Part shown: one piece after another, positions 26,437 through 35,716 of the stretch
How positions within the stretch are numbered: the stretch's first letter is position 1
How the letters are laid out: every line of letters begins with the position of its first letter
DNA from: Thermotogota bacterium
GTDB taxonomy: Bacteria; Thermotogota; Thermotogae; UBA12178
Assembly: GCA_003538775.1 (NCBI GenBank)
Contig: DPRG01000003.1
Coordinates: 17,270-52,985, forward strand
Direction of reading: 5' to 3'
DNA: 35,716 nt
The notes under the pieces: model-generated
The model's input: only the letters and a program-made list of their open reading frames with translations
What the model was told of the DNA's origin: nothing
Databases searched by the model: none
Translations under genes and position numbers: made by a program

Positions 26437-28315
26437 TTTCACTCAAAATCCTTATCCGCTGGCTTTCAGATGCTTCCAATAGGATTTCCAGCATTTCGCT
26501 GTAACTCAAAACATCCCCAAAGCTGCCCAAGGTGAAATTGAAAGCCTCACGAATTCTTTCTGAATGCATGCGGGTTGTCCCAAAAGGTATCCATGCTATT
26601 CTATCTTCAGGCGGCCTTTTGAATCTCTCTGGAAGAGCGTCAACAACGCCTTTCCATACAGGCGCAGCGTAACCTCCTCCTGTTATGTTAACCGTGTTAT
26701 CCCAGTGAATTGAAACGAGACCCATTGTTTTGCCAGCCCAGGAAAAGAACCAGGCATCTCGACGAGCCGTTCCGGTTTTTCCACCAATGTCCAGACCTTT
26801 TTTGAAGGCTTTTACACCAGTTCCGCTTTTGACAACTTTCCTGAGGATTCCACGCAAAATATCCAGAGATTCTCCCATGGTTTTCACGCCTTCCGCTTGA
26901 ATACGTTCTACAACGGGGTTGTGTGTGTATACCACGTTACCAAATCTATCTGTGATCGCCTCCACGGTTGTAAGCAAGGTCTTAACCCCACCATTTGGTA
27001 TGAACGTGAAGGCCTCAAGGACTTTCCAGGGAGTAGATTCGACCGTTCCCAGTGAAACAGTCAGATCCTCGGGGTAAACGCCCCAAAGCCCAACAACCTC
27101 CCGAATAAAATTAAGACTTCTGAAGGGTCCCACCTTTAGATAAACCCTAACTGAAGGCACATTCAAACTCAGTCTTAAGGCATCTTCTACCGTTACACTA
27201 CCCCTAAAACGTCTGTCGAAGTTCTGTGGTTCCCAGCCACCTATAGAAAGAGGGATGTCGGCCATCAAGGTTCGGGGCGTGATTTCTCCTTGAAGAAAAC
27301 CTTCAAGATAATACAGGGGTTTTATAAGTGATCCCAGCTGCCTGCGAGAAAAAAGAACGTTGTACTCACTACCGGAGACAGCCAGAACTTTACCCGAAAA
27401 TCTCTCGGCCACTATAACCGCTGGGTTATACTGTTCAACTGCTTTTACGGACTCATTTACAACTTCCTGCAACCGGGGATCCAATGTGGGCTTTACCGCA
27501 TAGCCTCCGTTTAAAATATCCGCTCTGGAAATACCCAGGATACTGGCGGATTCATCGAGTAAAAAATTTCTTAACCACGGTTCTATTTGCTGTGCAAACG
27601 CGACTTTCTCAATCGCTTTTTCCGGCAAATATGGTTGTATTTCTTCCCAGTAAAGACCTTTTCCCACAAGAAGATGAGCCACTGTCTCAGCTCTTAGTTT
27701 GAATCGTTCCGGAAATTCAAAAGGAGAGTACAGGCCAGGAGAGCGAAGTAGGCCTATTAAACCCACAGCTTCTTCCCAGGAAATATCCTGCAGGTTCTTA
27801 CCAAAATAATAAATCGAGGCTCTCTTCAAACCATTTCCTGGTTCACCCGTGTAAACCGTGCTCAAATACGCGGCAAGAAGTTCGTATTTATCGTAAATAG
27901 CTTCGAGACGCAGTGCGAGTGCGATCTCCAGAAGCTTTCTGGAAATGGTTTTCTCCAGCGTGAGATAAACGTTCCGGGCGAGCTGTTGTGTTAAGGTGCT
28001 GCCACCTTCCTTTAGTTCCATGGTGCTCAAATTTCTCAAGATGGCGCGCGTCAGACCATAAAGGTCTATTCCCAAATGATAGAAAAAATCCGCATCTTCA
28101 GCCGCTAACACAGACCCAAGAAGTTGTGGAGTTACTTCTTCTGGAAGAACAAGAGCAGGATCAGAAGAGTAACGTAAACCTATAGGCACGGCTGTCCAAA
28201 GTTCTGGCTTAGTCTGATAAATCCATTCTCCCACAATCCACAGGCTGAAAAGTGGAACAATACCTGTGAAGAAGCCCAGAAGATACGGAACCCATCTTCG
28301 CTCTTTCATGATCAA
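26360..28315 (-). CDS. Class A penicillin-binding protein (PBP1A family)
   Basis: GT51 motifs EDADFFYHLG and GGSTLTQQLARN; transpeptidase motifs SLIK, SLN and KTGT; N-terminal TM anchor. Confidence 0.93.
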   Translation of the reverse strand: MIMKERRWVPYLLGFFTGIVPLFSLWIVGEWIYQTKPELWTAVPIGLRYSSDPALVLPEEVTPQLLGSVLAAEDADFFYHLGIDLYGLTRAILRNLSTMELKEGGSTLTQQLARNVYLTLEKTISRKLLEIALALRLEAIYDKYELLAAYLSTVYTGEPGNGLKRASIYYFGKNLQDISWEEAVGLIGLLRSPGLYSPFEFPERFKLRAETVAHLLVGKGLYWEEIQPYLPEKAIEKVAFAQQIEPWLRNFLLDESASILGISRADILNGGYAVKPTLDPRLQEVVNESVKAVEQYNPAVIVAERFSGKVLAVSGSEYNVLFSRRQLGSLIKPLYYLEGFLQGEITPRTLMADIPLSIGGWEPQNFDRRFRGSVTVEDALRLSLNVPSVRVYLKVGPFRSLNFIREVVGLWGVYPEDLTVSLGTVESTPWKVLEAFTFIPNGGVKTLLTTVEAITDRFGNVVYTHNPVVERIQAEGVKTMGESLDILRGILRKVVKSGTGVKAFKKGLDIGGKTGTARRDAWFFSWAGKTMGLVSIHWDNTVNITGGGYAAPVWKGVVDALPERFKRPPEDRIAWIPFGTTRMHSERIREAFNFTLGSFGDVLSYSEMLEILLEASESQRIRILSEINQRDPQMASDLWNEIQKILDERGP

Positions 28316-28773
28316 TAACCAGCATTCCGAGACCTTTTTGTGTATTCCCTCAATTTTCTTTCAAGCTCTTTTTTGATAGTATCTTCTCTCTTGTCAATCT
28401 TTCGCTTACCTCTTGCAAGGCCGAGCTCAACCTTGGCAAAGCCTCTTTGATTGAAATAGATTTTCAGTGGAATCAAAGTATAACCCTGCTGTGAAAGCTT
28501 TCCCTGGAGTCGTTTTATCTCTCGCTTGTGAAGCAATAAGCGCCTGGGACGTTCAGGATCGTGATTGAAGTAGGAACCGTGCCTGTAAGGACTTATGTGA
28601 CAGTTAAGCATGTACACTTCGCCGTTTCTAACAGTACAAAAGGCATTCTTAAGGTCAACCATACCTTCGCGTAGAGACTTTACCTCAGTACCTTTGAGTT
28701 CTATGCCCGCCTCGTACGTTTCTTCTATGTGAAAATCATGTTTGGCCCTCTTGTTCGTGGCTACAACCTTCAT
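28312..28773 (-). CDS. smpB: SsrA-binding protein
   Basis: NKRAKHDF, EAGIELKGTEVKSLR, LLLHKREI, GKRKIDKRE. Confidence 0.98.
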   Translation of the reverse strand: MKVVATNKRAKHDFHIEETYEAGIELKGTEVKSLREGMVDLKNAFCTVRNGEVYMLNCHISPYRHGSYFNHDPERPRRLLLHKREIKRLQGKLSQQGYTLIPLKIYFNQRGFAKVELGLARGKRKIDKREDTIKKELERKLREYTKRSRNAGY

Positions 28774-29639
28774 CCCCTCACCACCAGCAACAGCAGGAAA
28801 AAGGTCGGCACGACAAAGAGAAGTCCATCGATCCGATCAAGCATACCGCCGTGCCCTGGCAGAACGTTGCCTACATCTTTAACTCCTCTGTACCTCTTCA
28901 AAGCCGATTCGCTTAGATCACCAAGAGTTCCCATAACAGCGCAGGTAAGCGCAAGAAGCCAGGGTTCCATACCCCTAAGCACATCATAGCCAGCCAGTTT
29001 AAAAACAATGTCAAAAAGATACACGAAAACCAGAGTGGCGAAAAATCCGCCTATTGCACCTTCAAGACTTTTCTTGGGACTGAAAGCAGGACTTATGCGT
29101 ATCCTTCCAAAGCGTATTCCGACAAAGTAAGCCCCTATGTCAAACACCCAGACACTCAGCAGGATCAAAACCGCTACGAGACCTCCAAACTCTTTATAAG
29201 CTCTGAAAAAGAAAGAAAGACCGAGTGAGATGTACAGCAGGGCAAAACTTCCCTGAGTTATGAACGCGCTGACACAGGCGGGGTCCTTTGAAAGAACCAG
29301 CGATAAAAAAGAGAGTGAAAAGAAAGCAAAAAGATACACCAGCTCAGGCGCAGAAAATCCTTTTAAAATCAGCCAGCCGTATAACGCTGAAGACACCGGA
29401 AAAGCCAGTGTCGATACAAAGGTCAACCCGGTGTTTCCAAACCCTTTGAGAAAGGTAGCGACATATTCATAACCAGCTATCAATGTGACAGTAGCTACAA
29501 GCCCTATCAAAGAGTAATAACTGGCAAAACACGCAACCACAAATGGAGCAACTATTAAGGCTGTAATGGTTCGAACCTTAACCTCACGCTTGAACCTTCC
29601 CGAATCGCCTTTCTCTTCGCGAATATTCTTCGATCGCAA
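28770..29639 (-). CDS. cdsA: Phosphatidate cytidylyltransferase
   Basis: SPKKSLEG, GDLSESALKR, PGHGGMLDRIDG. TTG 29639 has AAGGAGG 9 nt upstream, inside uppS. Confidence 0.95.
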   Translation of the reverse strand: MRSKNIREEKGDSGRFKREVKVRTITALIVAPFVVACFASYYSLIGLVATVTLIAGYEYVATFLKGFGNTGLTFVSTLAFPVSSALYGWLILKGFSAPELVYLFAFFSLSFLSLVLSKDPACVSAFITQGSFALLYISLGLSFFFRAYKEFGGLVAVLILLSVWVFDIGAYFVGIRFGRIRISPAFSPKKSLEGAIGGFFATLVFVYLFDIVFKLAGYDVLRGMEPWLLALTCAVMGTLGDLSESALKRYRGVKDVGNVLPGHGGMLDRIDGLLFVVPTFFLLLLVVRG

Positions 29640-30276
29640 ATATAAGATCCTCCTTCGTAAATTCAGGCCAGTATTTATCGATTATCAGAAGTTCCGCGTA
29701 AGCCGAATGCCATAACATAAAATTACTCAAACGATATTCACCGCTTGTACGGATTATCAAATCGAGATCCGGCAGATCAGGCACATAAAGAAAACGCCGA
29801 AAAATCTCTTCATCAACATGTTCCAGCTTCTCCTTGATTATTCGCCTTACCGCGTCCAGTATTTCACTCCGTCCTCCGTAATTGAGCGCTGAAATAACCG
29901 TGATTCTGCGGTTTTCTTTTGTTGCTTCCATAAGATCTATACAGGCATTGTAAAGGTCTTCAGGCAAATCCTCGAGTCTTCCTGCAAATACGACCTTTAC
30001 ACCCTCCGAAACCAGCTCTTCTTTCTTTTCCGTGATACGCCTTTTTAACATCTCAAAGAGGAACTCGATCTCTCTTCTGGGCCTTGCCCAGTTTTCCGTA
30101 GAAAAGGTGAAAAGGGTAAGGTACTCTATGCCTAGATCTCTGGCCCAGTAAATAACGTCCTCAGCCACGCGAGCGCCACGTCTGTGTCCTTCCACCCGTG
30201 GCAGTCCACGATGCCTCGCCCATCTACCATTTCCATCCATTATAATGCCAACATGTCGGGGAACGGTCAGCTTCAA
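29584..30276 (-). CDS. uppS: Undecaprenyl diphosphate synthase
   Basis: [31 protein letters not shown]. Confidence 0.97.
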   Translation of the reverse strand: MKLTVPRHVGIIMDGNGRWARHRGLPRVEGHRRGARVAEDVIYWARDLGIEYLTLFTFSTENWARPRREIEFLFEMLKRRITEKKEELVSEGVKVVFAGRLEDLPEDLYNACIDLMEATKENRRITVISALNYGGRSEILDAVRRIIKEKLEHVDEEIFRRFLYVPDLPDLDLIIRTSGEYRLSNFMLWHSAYAELLIIDKYWPEFTKEDLIFAIEEYSRRERRFGKVQA

Positions 30277-30833
30277 AACTCCATTATCTCCTTTTCCTTC
30301 TGTTCAAACAGTTCGTCCAGTTTCTTTACATGTTCATCGGTTACTTCCTGAAGCCTGTTTTCAAGCCTTTTTTCATCGTCTTCAGGGATTTCTCCTGCTT
30401 TCTGAGCCTCCTTCAGTTTCTTCAGAATCTCCCTTCTGACATTCCTGACCGCTATCTTACCCTGCTCAACGATCTCTTTGGCGTGTTTCACCCATTTTTG
30501 CCTTTGCTCCGTTGTTGGTCTGGGAAAGGAAAGCTTAAGAGAATTTCCGTCGTTCATGGGGTTCAAACCGAGATCTGAACTCAGTATGGCTTTCTCCATA
30601 GCTCCAAGAACCGACTTATCCCAGGGTTTGATCACAAGAGTACGTTCATCAAGTAAGGAAATGCTTGCCAGCTGATTGATAGGAGTCGGTGTACCATAAT
30701 AATCCACCTTCACCTCTTCCAAAACCGCAGGTGAAGGCCGCCCAGTCCGAAGATGCTTCAACTCTTCCGCAATCTTTTCCACAGAGATCTTCATCTTACT
30801 CGAAGCTTCCTTGATGAGCGGATGATCAGCCAT
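30273..30833 (-). CDS. frr: Ribosome recycling factor
   Basis: [26 protein letters not shown]. Confidence 0.98.
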   Translation of the reverse strand: MADHPLIKEASSKMKISVEKIAEELKHLRTGRPSPAVLEEVKVDYYGTPTPINQLASISLLDERTLVIKPWDKSVLGAMEKAILSSDLGLNPMNDGNSLKLSFPRPTTEQRQKWVKHAKEIVEQGKIAVRNVRREILKKLKEAQKAGEIPEDDEKRLENRLQEVTDEHVKKLDELFEQKEKEIMEF

Positions 30834-30955
30834 TGAAATCCCTCCCTATCTTCCATGATGTGTAGATCGACGCAGAAATATTGCCACTGATATTTTACAA
30901 CATCTGGATAAAGAGGGATTGTCTAAAGGGGAGGTATAGTATCGACAGGAAATAA

Positions 30956-32170
30956 TTAGCTGCTCCTGTACACAATCACGCCTTCGACCATCGTCAGTAA
31001 TATCTCAAACTCTTCATTGAATACGGTAACATCGGCAAAGTATCCTGGTGCTATTCTTCCTCTTTCATGTTCGATATTCATGATCCTGGCAGGAACTGTC
31101 GTCACCATTTTAATTCCTTCCTGCAGTGGAACCTGAGCCAATTCCACAATATTCCTCAAAATGTCGATCATCAACGCCACACTACCAGCGAACGCTTCCT
31201 TGTTCGACAACTTCGCCACATAACCTGTGGGACGAATCTCATAATCTTCCACCACATCATTCTCTACGATTACCTTGAGACCTCCTAGTTCATATTCACC
31301 AGGGCCAAGTCCAGCAGCAGACATGGCATCCGTGATTCCGCAAACACGCTCTATTCCTTTTGTTTTTAAAACGAGCCTCATCAACGATGGCGGCAAATGA
31401 TGACCGTCTGCGATCATCTCCGTCGTAAGCTCATCTAAAAGCAACGTAGCTTCTAACACTCCTGGCAGTCTATAAGATCTCTCTCTTCTCATGAGCGACA
31501 TCCCTGAATAAATGTGTGTTACATGTGAAAAGCCGTATTCCAAGGATTTCACGACATCTTGAATGAGGGCATTGGAATGACCAATAGACACTACCACACC
31601 CAGCTTCGAAAGCTTTCTACTAACCTCCAGCGAACCCGGCAACTCCGGAGCCAACGAAATCCTTTTCATTGCGCCTGTTTTCAATAACCTGTCTATTTCA
31701 TCTTCGTCTGGTGTTTTCAAATACCGGGGATTTTGAGCGCCCGCCTGGGCTTCATTGAAATACGGTCCCTCCACATGTGCCCCCAGAACCCGCGCACCTG
31801 ATTCTTCTGAGATCTCAAGCTCCATGGCCAAACGAACAACCTTTAAAGCCTCCTCGATGTGCTCCAGAGAAGCTGTCAAAGTCGTAGGATAAAAAGACGT
31901 GGTTCCACCTTTTGCATGCGTCCAAGCTATCACTCTAAGGGCATCCAGGGACGCATCCATCGTATCCTTTCCGCCGCCACCATGTAAATGTATGTCTATG
32001 AATCCCGGGGATACGAAAGCGCTGCTAAAATCTATGACTTCATCAACCGCCTCTTTGTATAAATCCTCGGCTTTGCCGACCGCTACTATTTTTCTCCCTT
32101 CTACCAAAACCGCACCTGGAGAAAGCGATCTGTATGGTGTCAAAACTCGTCCAATTAAAAGTCGTCTCAT
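30956..32170 (-). CDS. nagA: N-acetylglucosamine-6-phosphate deacetylase family amidohydrolase
   Basis: PGFIDIHLHG, HVEGPY, LAPE, GHS, IADGHH, TDAM. Confidence 0.88.
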   Translation of the reverse strand: MRRLLIGRVLTPYRSLSPGAVLVEGRKIVAVGKAEDLYKEAVDEVIDFSSAFVSPGFIDIHLHGGGGKDTMDASLDALRVIAWTHAKGGTTSFYPTTLTASLEHIEEALKVVRLAMELEISEESGARVLGAHVEGPYFNEAQAGAQNPRYLKTPDEDEIDRLLKTGAMKRISLAPELPGSLEVSRKLSKLGVVVSIGHSNALIQDVVKSLEYGFSHVTHIYSGMSLMRRERSYRLPGVLEATLLLDELTTEMIADGHHLPPSLMRLVLKTKGIERVCGITDAMSAAGLGPGEYELGGLKVIVENDVVEDYEIRPTGYVAKLSNKEAFAGSVALMIDILRNIVELAQVPLQEGIKMVTTVPARIMNIEHERGRIAPGYFADVTVFNEEFEILLTMVEGVIVYRSS

Positions 32171-32202
32171 CTTTGTTCCCTCTCCTGTATGTAGTTATCA
32201 AC

Positions 32203-32961
32203 TTATAGCAATTTCACACGGGGGCGGTACTTTTCCAGGTATAACCTGTTCGCTTCATCACCGCCCGGTGTATTGGCACTTGTCCATATGGGCACCTCTA
32301 CTCCCCTATTTACCAGCAATTCCACAGTTTTTATCACCAGCAGGTTCAATGTGAACAAATTGACCAGAGTCGATACAGGGCCTATATATTTACCAATTTC
32401 TTCAACATGAACAACTGCATCTCCATATGGCATATGACAATCTATATGAACATCTACCACATCACACAAATTCGCCTTGCTCGGATGACGCGCAGGATGA
32501 TCAGGGGGAATCCGCTCAGCAAATTCCCTGCTCGTTATACCAACTGTGGGTACTCCCCTTCGCCTGGCTTCCAGAGCTACATCTATGCACATTGAATTGA
32601 TACCATAAGCGTTCACTATCACCAACACTCCATCATTAACATTGAAGGCATTCAAAACAGATACTCCATATCCCGGTGTCCGCTCGATTATGGTGGACCT
32701 GACCGCTCCCATCGCAAGCAATGTGCCAGGATCCAGTATGGCATTAACAGGAACCAGTCCGCCCGCCCTGTAAAACATCTCTTCAGCTCCCATGTTGGAA
32801 TGTCCTCCAGGTCCTATAACGTGAATCAACTGGTCCTTTTCTATAGCCGTTGCAAGAAGCTCCGCTCCTTTGGCTATTGACTCAGATTCTTCCTTAACAA
32901 TTTTTTCGTATAAAGAGACTACCTTTTCCCAGTAAGTCCTGATCATAGAATTGTCCATCAT
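32203..32961 (-). CDS. Single SIS (sugar isomerase) domain protein
   Basis: GPGGHSNMGAEEMFYRAGGL, HPARHPS, GDA. Start trimmed to the ATG ATG pair after AAGGAGTGA, overlapping the upstream stop. Confidence 0.82.
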   Translation of the reverse strand: MMDNSMIRTYWEKVVSLYEKIVKEESESIAKGAELLATAIEKDQLIHVIGPGGHSNMGAEEMFYRAGGLVPVNAILDPGTLLAMGAVRSTIIERTPGYGVSVLNAFNVNDGVLVIVNAYGINSMCIDVALEARRRGVPTVGITSREFAERIPPDHPARHPSKANLCDVVDVHIDCHMPYGDAVVHVEEIGKYIGPVSTLVNLFTLNLLVIKTVELLVNRGVEVPIWTSANTPGGDEANRLYLEKYRPRVKLL

Positions 32962-33746
32962 CCGTTCACTCCTTTCTTTAAAAGAAGGCTGGAACTTTCT
33001 ATATCCAAAAACATATGGACTGCCCTGTGTCTCCTCAAAACACTCGCAGGACATTCCGGAGTTACCGCTCCTTCTAAGGTTTTAAAAACCGCTTCCTTTT
33101 TTCTCTCACCAGGCACAACACATACAATATACTGTGCATTCATTATCGCCGGAATTGTCAAAGTCAAAGCGTGAGTTGGAACATCATCCAAACGTTCAAA
33201 ACAACCGTCGTTAACCTGCTGCTGGCGTGATTTTTCTTCTAATTCCACCACTTTCACCAGATACGGGTCGTCAAAATCCGCTACCGATGGTTCGTTGAAA
33301 GCAATATGGCCATTCTCTCCTATCCCAATACAGGCCAAATGCAGAGGATGTTCTTTCAATAGTTGTTCGTATCTTGCCGCAAGCTTTTCAGGATCTTCGT
33401 TTTCCATTCCAACGGGTATAACATAGTTGACAGTCTTGAAAGGAACTCGTTTGAAAATCCTTTCATCAAGATATCTGGAAAATCTCTGGACTGCATCACT
33501 TGGAAGACCTATGTATTCATCCAGGTGAAATGCATTGATTCTGTGCCATTCGATGTCCTGGATCTTAGATAAAGCGTCAAGAAACTCATTCTGCGAAGGT
33601 GCTGCCGCGAAGACCACGTTGACTTCTTTATGCTCCTGCAGAAGTTTCTTGAGAATTTCTCCGGCTGCCAAAGCAGCAGCTAAACCCATAGAATCTCTGG
33701 AATCATACACCGAAATCTTCATGAACCTTTGGTTAAGCAAACCCAC
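32958..33746 (-). CDS. nagB: Glucosamine-6-phosphate deaminase-like protein (NagB fold)
   Basis: FHLDEYIGL, GIGENGHIAFNEP, CPASVLRRH; N-terminal loop reads FAAAPSQ. Start uncertain (GTG 33746 after AGAGGTG). Confidence 0.8.
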   Translation of the reverse strand: MGLLNQRFMKISVYDSRDSMGLAAALAAGEILKKLLQEHKEVNVVFAAAPSQNEFLDALSKIQDIEWHRINAFHLDEYIGLPSDAVQRFSRYLDERIFKRVPFKTVNYVIPVGMENEDPEKLAARYEQLLKEHPLHLACIGIGENGHIAFNEPSVADFDDPYLVKVVELEEKSRQQQVNDGCFERLDDVPTHALTLTIPAIMNAQYIVCVVPGERKKEAVFKTLEGAVTPECPASVLRRHRAVHMFLDIESSSLLLKKGVNG

Positions 33747-33800
33747 AAAAACCACACCTCTCTTTGCTTCTTTACATATTGAACGAAATAACATGTCTTT

Positions 33801-34637
33801 TTACCCTTTGAGCGAACCCTCTACCGCACCTCTAATGAAGTAGTTCTGAAGTAATATAAACATTACAAGTGTGGGCAAAATACTAATCACAATTGCGGGT
33901 GCGAGAGTGCTGTATGCAAAAGCCTGTGCTTCGTCCCTTAACAAAAGAATGCCGTAAGGCAATGTACGCATATCATTTGTTTCCGTTAGAGACATAACGA
34001 AAAGAAGTTCACTCCATATGTTGACAAATGTGAAAATTGCTGCGGTTACTGCCCCTTGTCTGGCAATAGGTAACATGACCCGCCAAAAAGTCTTCCAATA
34101 CCCACATCCGTCAATTTTGGCGGAATCTTCAATGTCTCTTGGTATTGTTCTAAAAGTAGCACGCAAGACAAAAGTCGCCCATGGCAAATTGACCGCGGTG
34201 TAAGGAATGATCAAACCCAGATAAGTATTCAATAAATTAAGTTTGAACTCCATTATATAGAGCGGAATGAGATAAACACCATAGGGTATGGCCAGAAGCA
34301 AAAGAAATAACACCATAAACGAATTTTTAAGTTTGAAATCAAAACGAGCTAGAGCGTAACCAGCAAGTGCTCCAACCAAAACCGTTATAATTGTTGAAAT
34401 AGTTGTAACAAACGCGCTGTTGAAAAGATATCGCGGGAAATATTCCATCTCTGTAAAAATCCGCTTGTAGTTTTCCAACGTAGGTTCGTGTGGGAAAAAG
34501 GTTATTGGAATACGATATATCTCCCGTTCTGTTTTGAACGATGTTAACCCCATCCAAATTATGGGAAATATCGTATAGCCAGCAACTAACGTGAGAACAA
34601 CATATACAACTGCCTTTCGAATGATTTGCTTTTTCAT
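33801..34637 (-). CDS. Carbohydrate ABC transporter permease
   Basis: IEDSAKIDG EAA-like loop, AGYALARF; SD AGAGGTG before ATG 34637. Confidence 0.92.
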   Translation of the reverse strand: MKKQIIRKAVVYVVLTLVAGYTIFPIIWMGLTSFKTEREIYRIPITFFPHEPTLENYKRIFTEMEYFPRYLFNSAFVTTISTIITVLVGALAGYALARFDFKLKNSFMVLFLLLLAIPYGVYLIPLYIMEFKLNLLNTYLGLIIPYTAVNLPWATFVLRATFRTIPRDIEDSAKIDGCGYWKTFWRVMLPIARQGAVTAAIFTFVNIWSELLFVMSLTETNDMRTLPYGILLLRDEAQAFAYSTLAPAIVISILPTLVMFILLQNYFIRGAVEGSLKG

Positions 34638-34641
34638 AATT

Positions 34642-35496
34642 TTACACCTCTGTGCGAACAAATCTTATGTTTATGTATGAAACCACCAAAATCATTGCCG
34701 CCATGATATAGGCAATCGCAGCTCCTTTACCCATTTCAAAATAGCGAAAACTCGTCTTGTACATCAGTGTATAAAGAATGTCCACAGTACCTCCACTTCG
34801 AGAAACCGCCCAGATTTGCTCAAACGCTTTAACAGAAGAAATTGTACTCATTATGATTACCAAAGCTAAAGAATCTTTTATTAGCGGCAAAGTAACGTTA
34901 GTAAAACGTTTCCAAGGACCTGCTCCGTCAATCAACGCTGCATCCTTCAAATCTTTTGGTATGGCGTAAAGACCCGCAAGCACGAGGACAGTATTGAAAC
35001 CCAAAAATTTCCAAATAGTCACTATCACAGCGGTAACCACTGTAGATGTATCAGTAGCGAGCCATTCAATAGGTGGTAAATGTAACAACTTGGTCATAAT
35101 AACTTCGACAATCCCATCATCTGCGAACATCCATACCCACATAAGAGTGGCCATTGTCAAACCTATGCACACAGGAACGAATATCAAAGTTCTGTAAGCT
35201 TTGACCCCTATTACAATGGAGTCAAGCAACACCGCAACAATGGTGGATAGCACTACCATGGAAGGCACGTAAAGTGCGATGAACAACATAGAATTTCGAA
35301 ACGCCAGAAGAAACGTTGGATCTTGGAAAAGATCGAAGTAATTGCGTAAACCGATAAACTGTGTGCTCTCTTCATCAAGGAAATAGTAATTGGTCAAACT
35401 TAGGTAAAACGACCAAACCAATGGGTACAGCATAACGATTACCGATAAGATTATTGCGGGCAACATAAACCAGTAAGCAACTGAACGTTTTCTCAT
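34642..35496 (-). CDS. Carbohydrate ABC transporter permease
   Basis: FIGLRNY, DAALIDGA, FEMGKGAA. Confidence 0.92.
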   Translation of the reverse strand: MRKRSVAYWFMLPAIILSVIVMLYPLVWSFYLSLTNYYFLDEESTQFIGLRNYFDLFQDPTFLLAFRNSMLFIALYVPSMVVLSTIVAVLLDSIVIGVKAYRTLIFVPVCIGLTMATLMWVWMFADDGIVEVIMTKLLHLPPIEWLATDTSTVVTAVIVTIWKFLGFNTVLVLAGLYAIPKDLKDAALIDGAGPWKRFTNVTLPLIKDSLALVIIMSTISSVKAFEQIWAVSRSGGTVDILYTLMYKTSFRYFEMGKGAAIAYIMAAMILVVSYINIRFVRTEV

Positions 35497-35528
35497 GGTT
35501 TTTAACACCTCTGTTTGTTAAGTTAGAA

Positions 35529-35555
35529 ATGGGTGCAGGGTATTCCTGCACCCAT
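35529..35555 (-). other. Intercistronic hairpin downstream of the binding-protein gene
   Basis: ATGGGTGCAGG-gtatt-CCTGCACCCAT perfect 11 bp stem with a weak U tail. Confidence 0.7.
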
Positions 35556-35570
35556 CTTCGAGAAAAACAA

Positions 35571-35716
35571 TTACTTTCTCATTCTGGAAATTTCTTTGTA
35601 GATTCTTTCGCAAGCTTCTTCAGGATCCATTTGCCCTGTCCACGCCAACCGTAAGTACTTTTCTGCTGTGTCACTCATCTTGAGAAGATCCTCATAAGCG
35701 GGCAAATCCTCACCGT
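35571..35716 (-). CDS. C-terminus of a probable sugar ABC substrate-binding protein (partial)
   Basis: Manual translation ...GEDLPAYEDLLKMSDTAEKYLRLAWTGQMDPEEACERIYKEISRMRK*; the G..dpeeA tail is typical, and it sits upstream of two permeases. Confidence 0.75.
   Translation of the reverse strand, partial: GEDLPAYEDLLKMSDTAEKYLRLAWTGQMDPEEACERIYKEISRMRK

Noticed and set aside
799-35197. Many 60-170 aa ORFs antisense or out of frame within well-supported genes
   Set aside because: Shadow ORFs with no SD or family motifs.
1-35716. CRISPR array, tRNA/rRNA, tmRNA near smpB, IS element, prophage or defence genes
   Set aside because: No regularly spaced repeats, RNA gene signatures, or transposase or integrase motifs were seen; intergenic gaps are short and mostly explained.

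Overview
Chromosomal window that looks like Thermotogota (inferred from the ODP plus Tm14-like soluble chemoreceptor pair, the MotB with a long insertion, and the CdsA and LepA style). From left to right it holds: a partial ROK repressor divergent from a radical SAM-TetR operon; a sugar ABC transporter and 6-phosphogluconate dehydrogenase divergent from an acetoin/2-oxoacid-dehydrogenase-like operon (E1a, E1b, free-standing lipoyl domain, free-standing E2 catalytic domain, SorC regulator, no E3); a long minus-strand run (membrane protein, PHP metallohydrolase, flbD-motAB-fliLMY, exported protein, ODP, soluble MCP, DUF296, lepA); a HAD phosphatase, three paralogous lipoproteins and rdgB; frr-uppS-cdsA-smpB-PBP1A; and an amino-sugar cluster (ABC transporter, NagB-like, SIS, NagA-like). 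The best candidate for an undescribed system is the SorC-controlled locus combining gnd, the ABC transporter and the split-E2 TPP dehydrogenase, whose divergent promoters share an operator motif. Also notable are a lepA that lacks a canonical start before its G1 motif (ATA start proposed) and a radical SAM protein resembling membrane-spanning-lipid synthase with a TetR-type operator. No rRNA, tRNA, CRISPR array or mobile element was recognised. All family calls come from motif reading; no database search was run.
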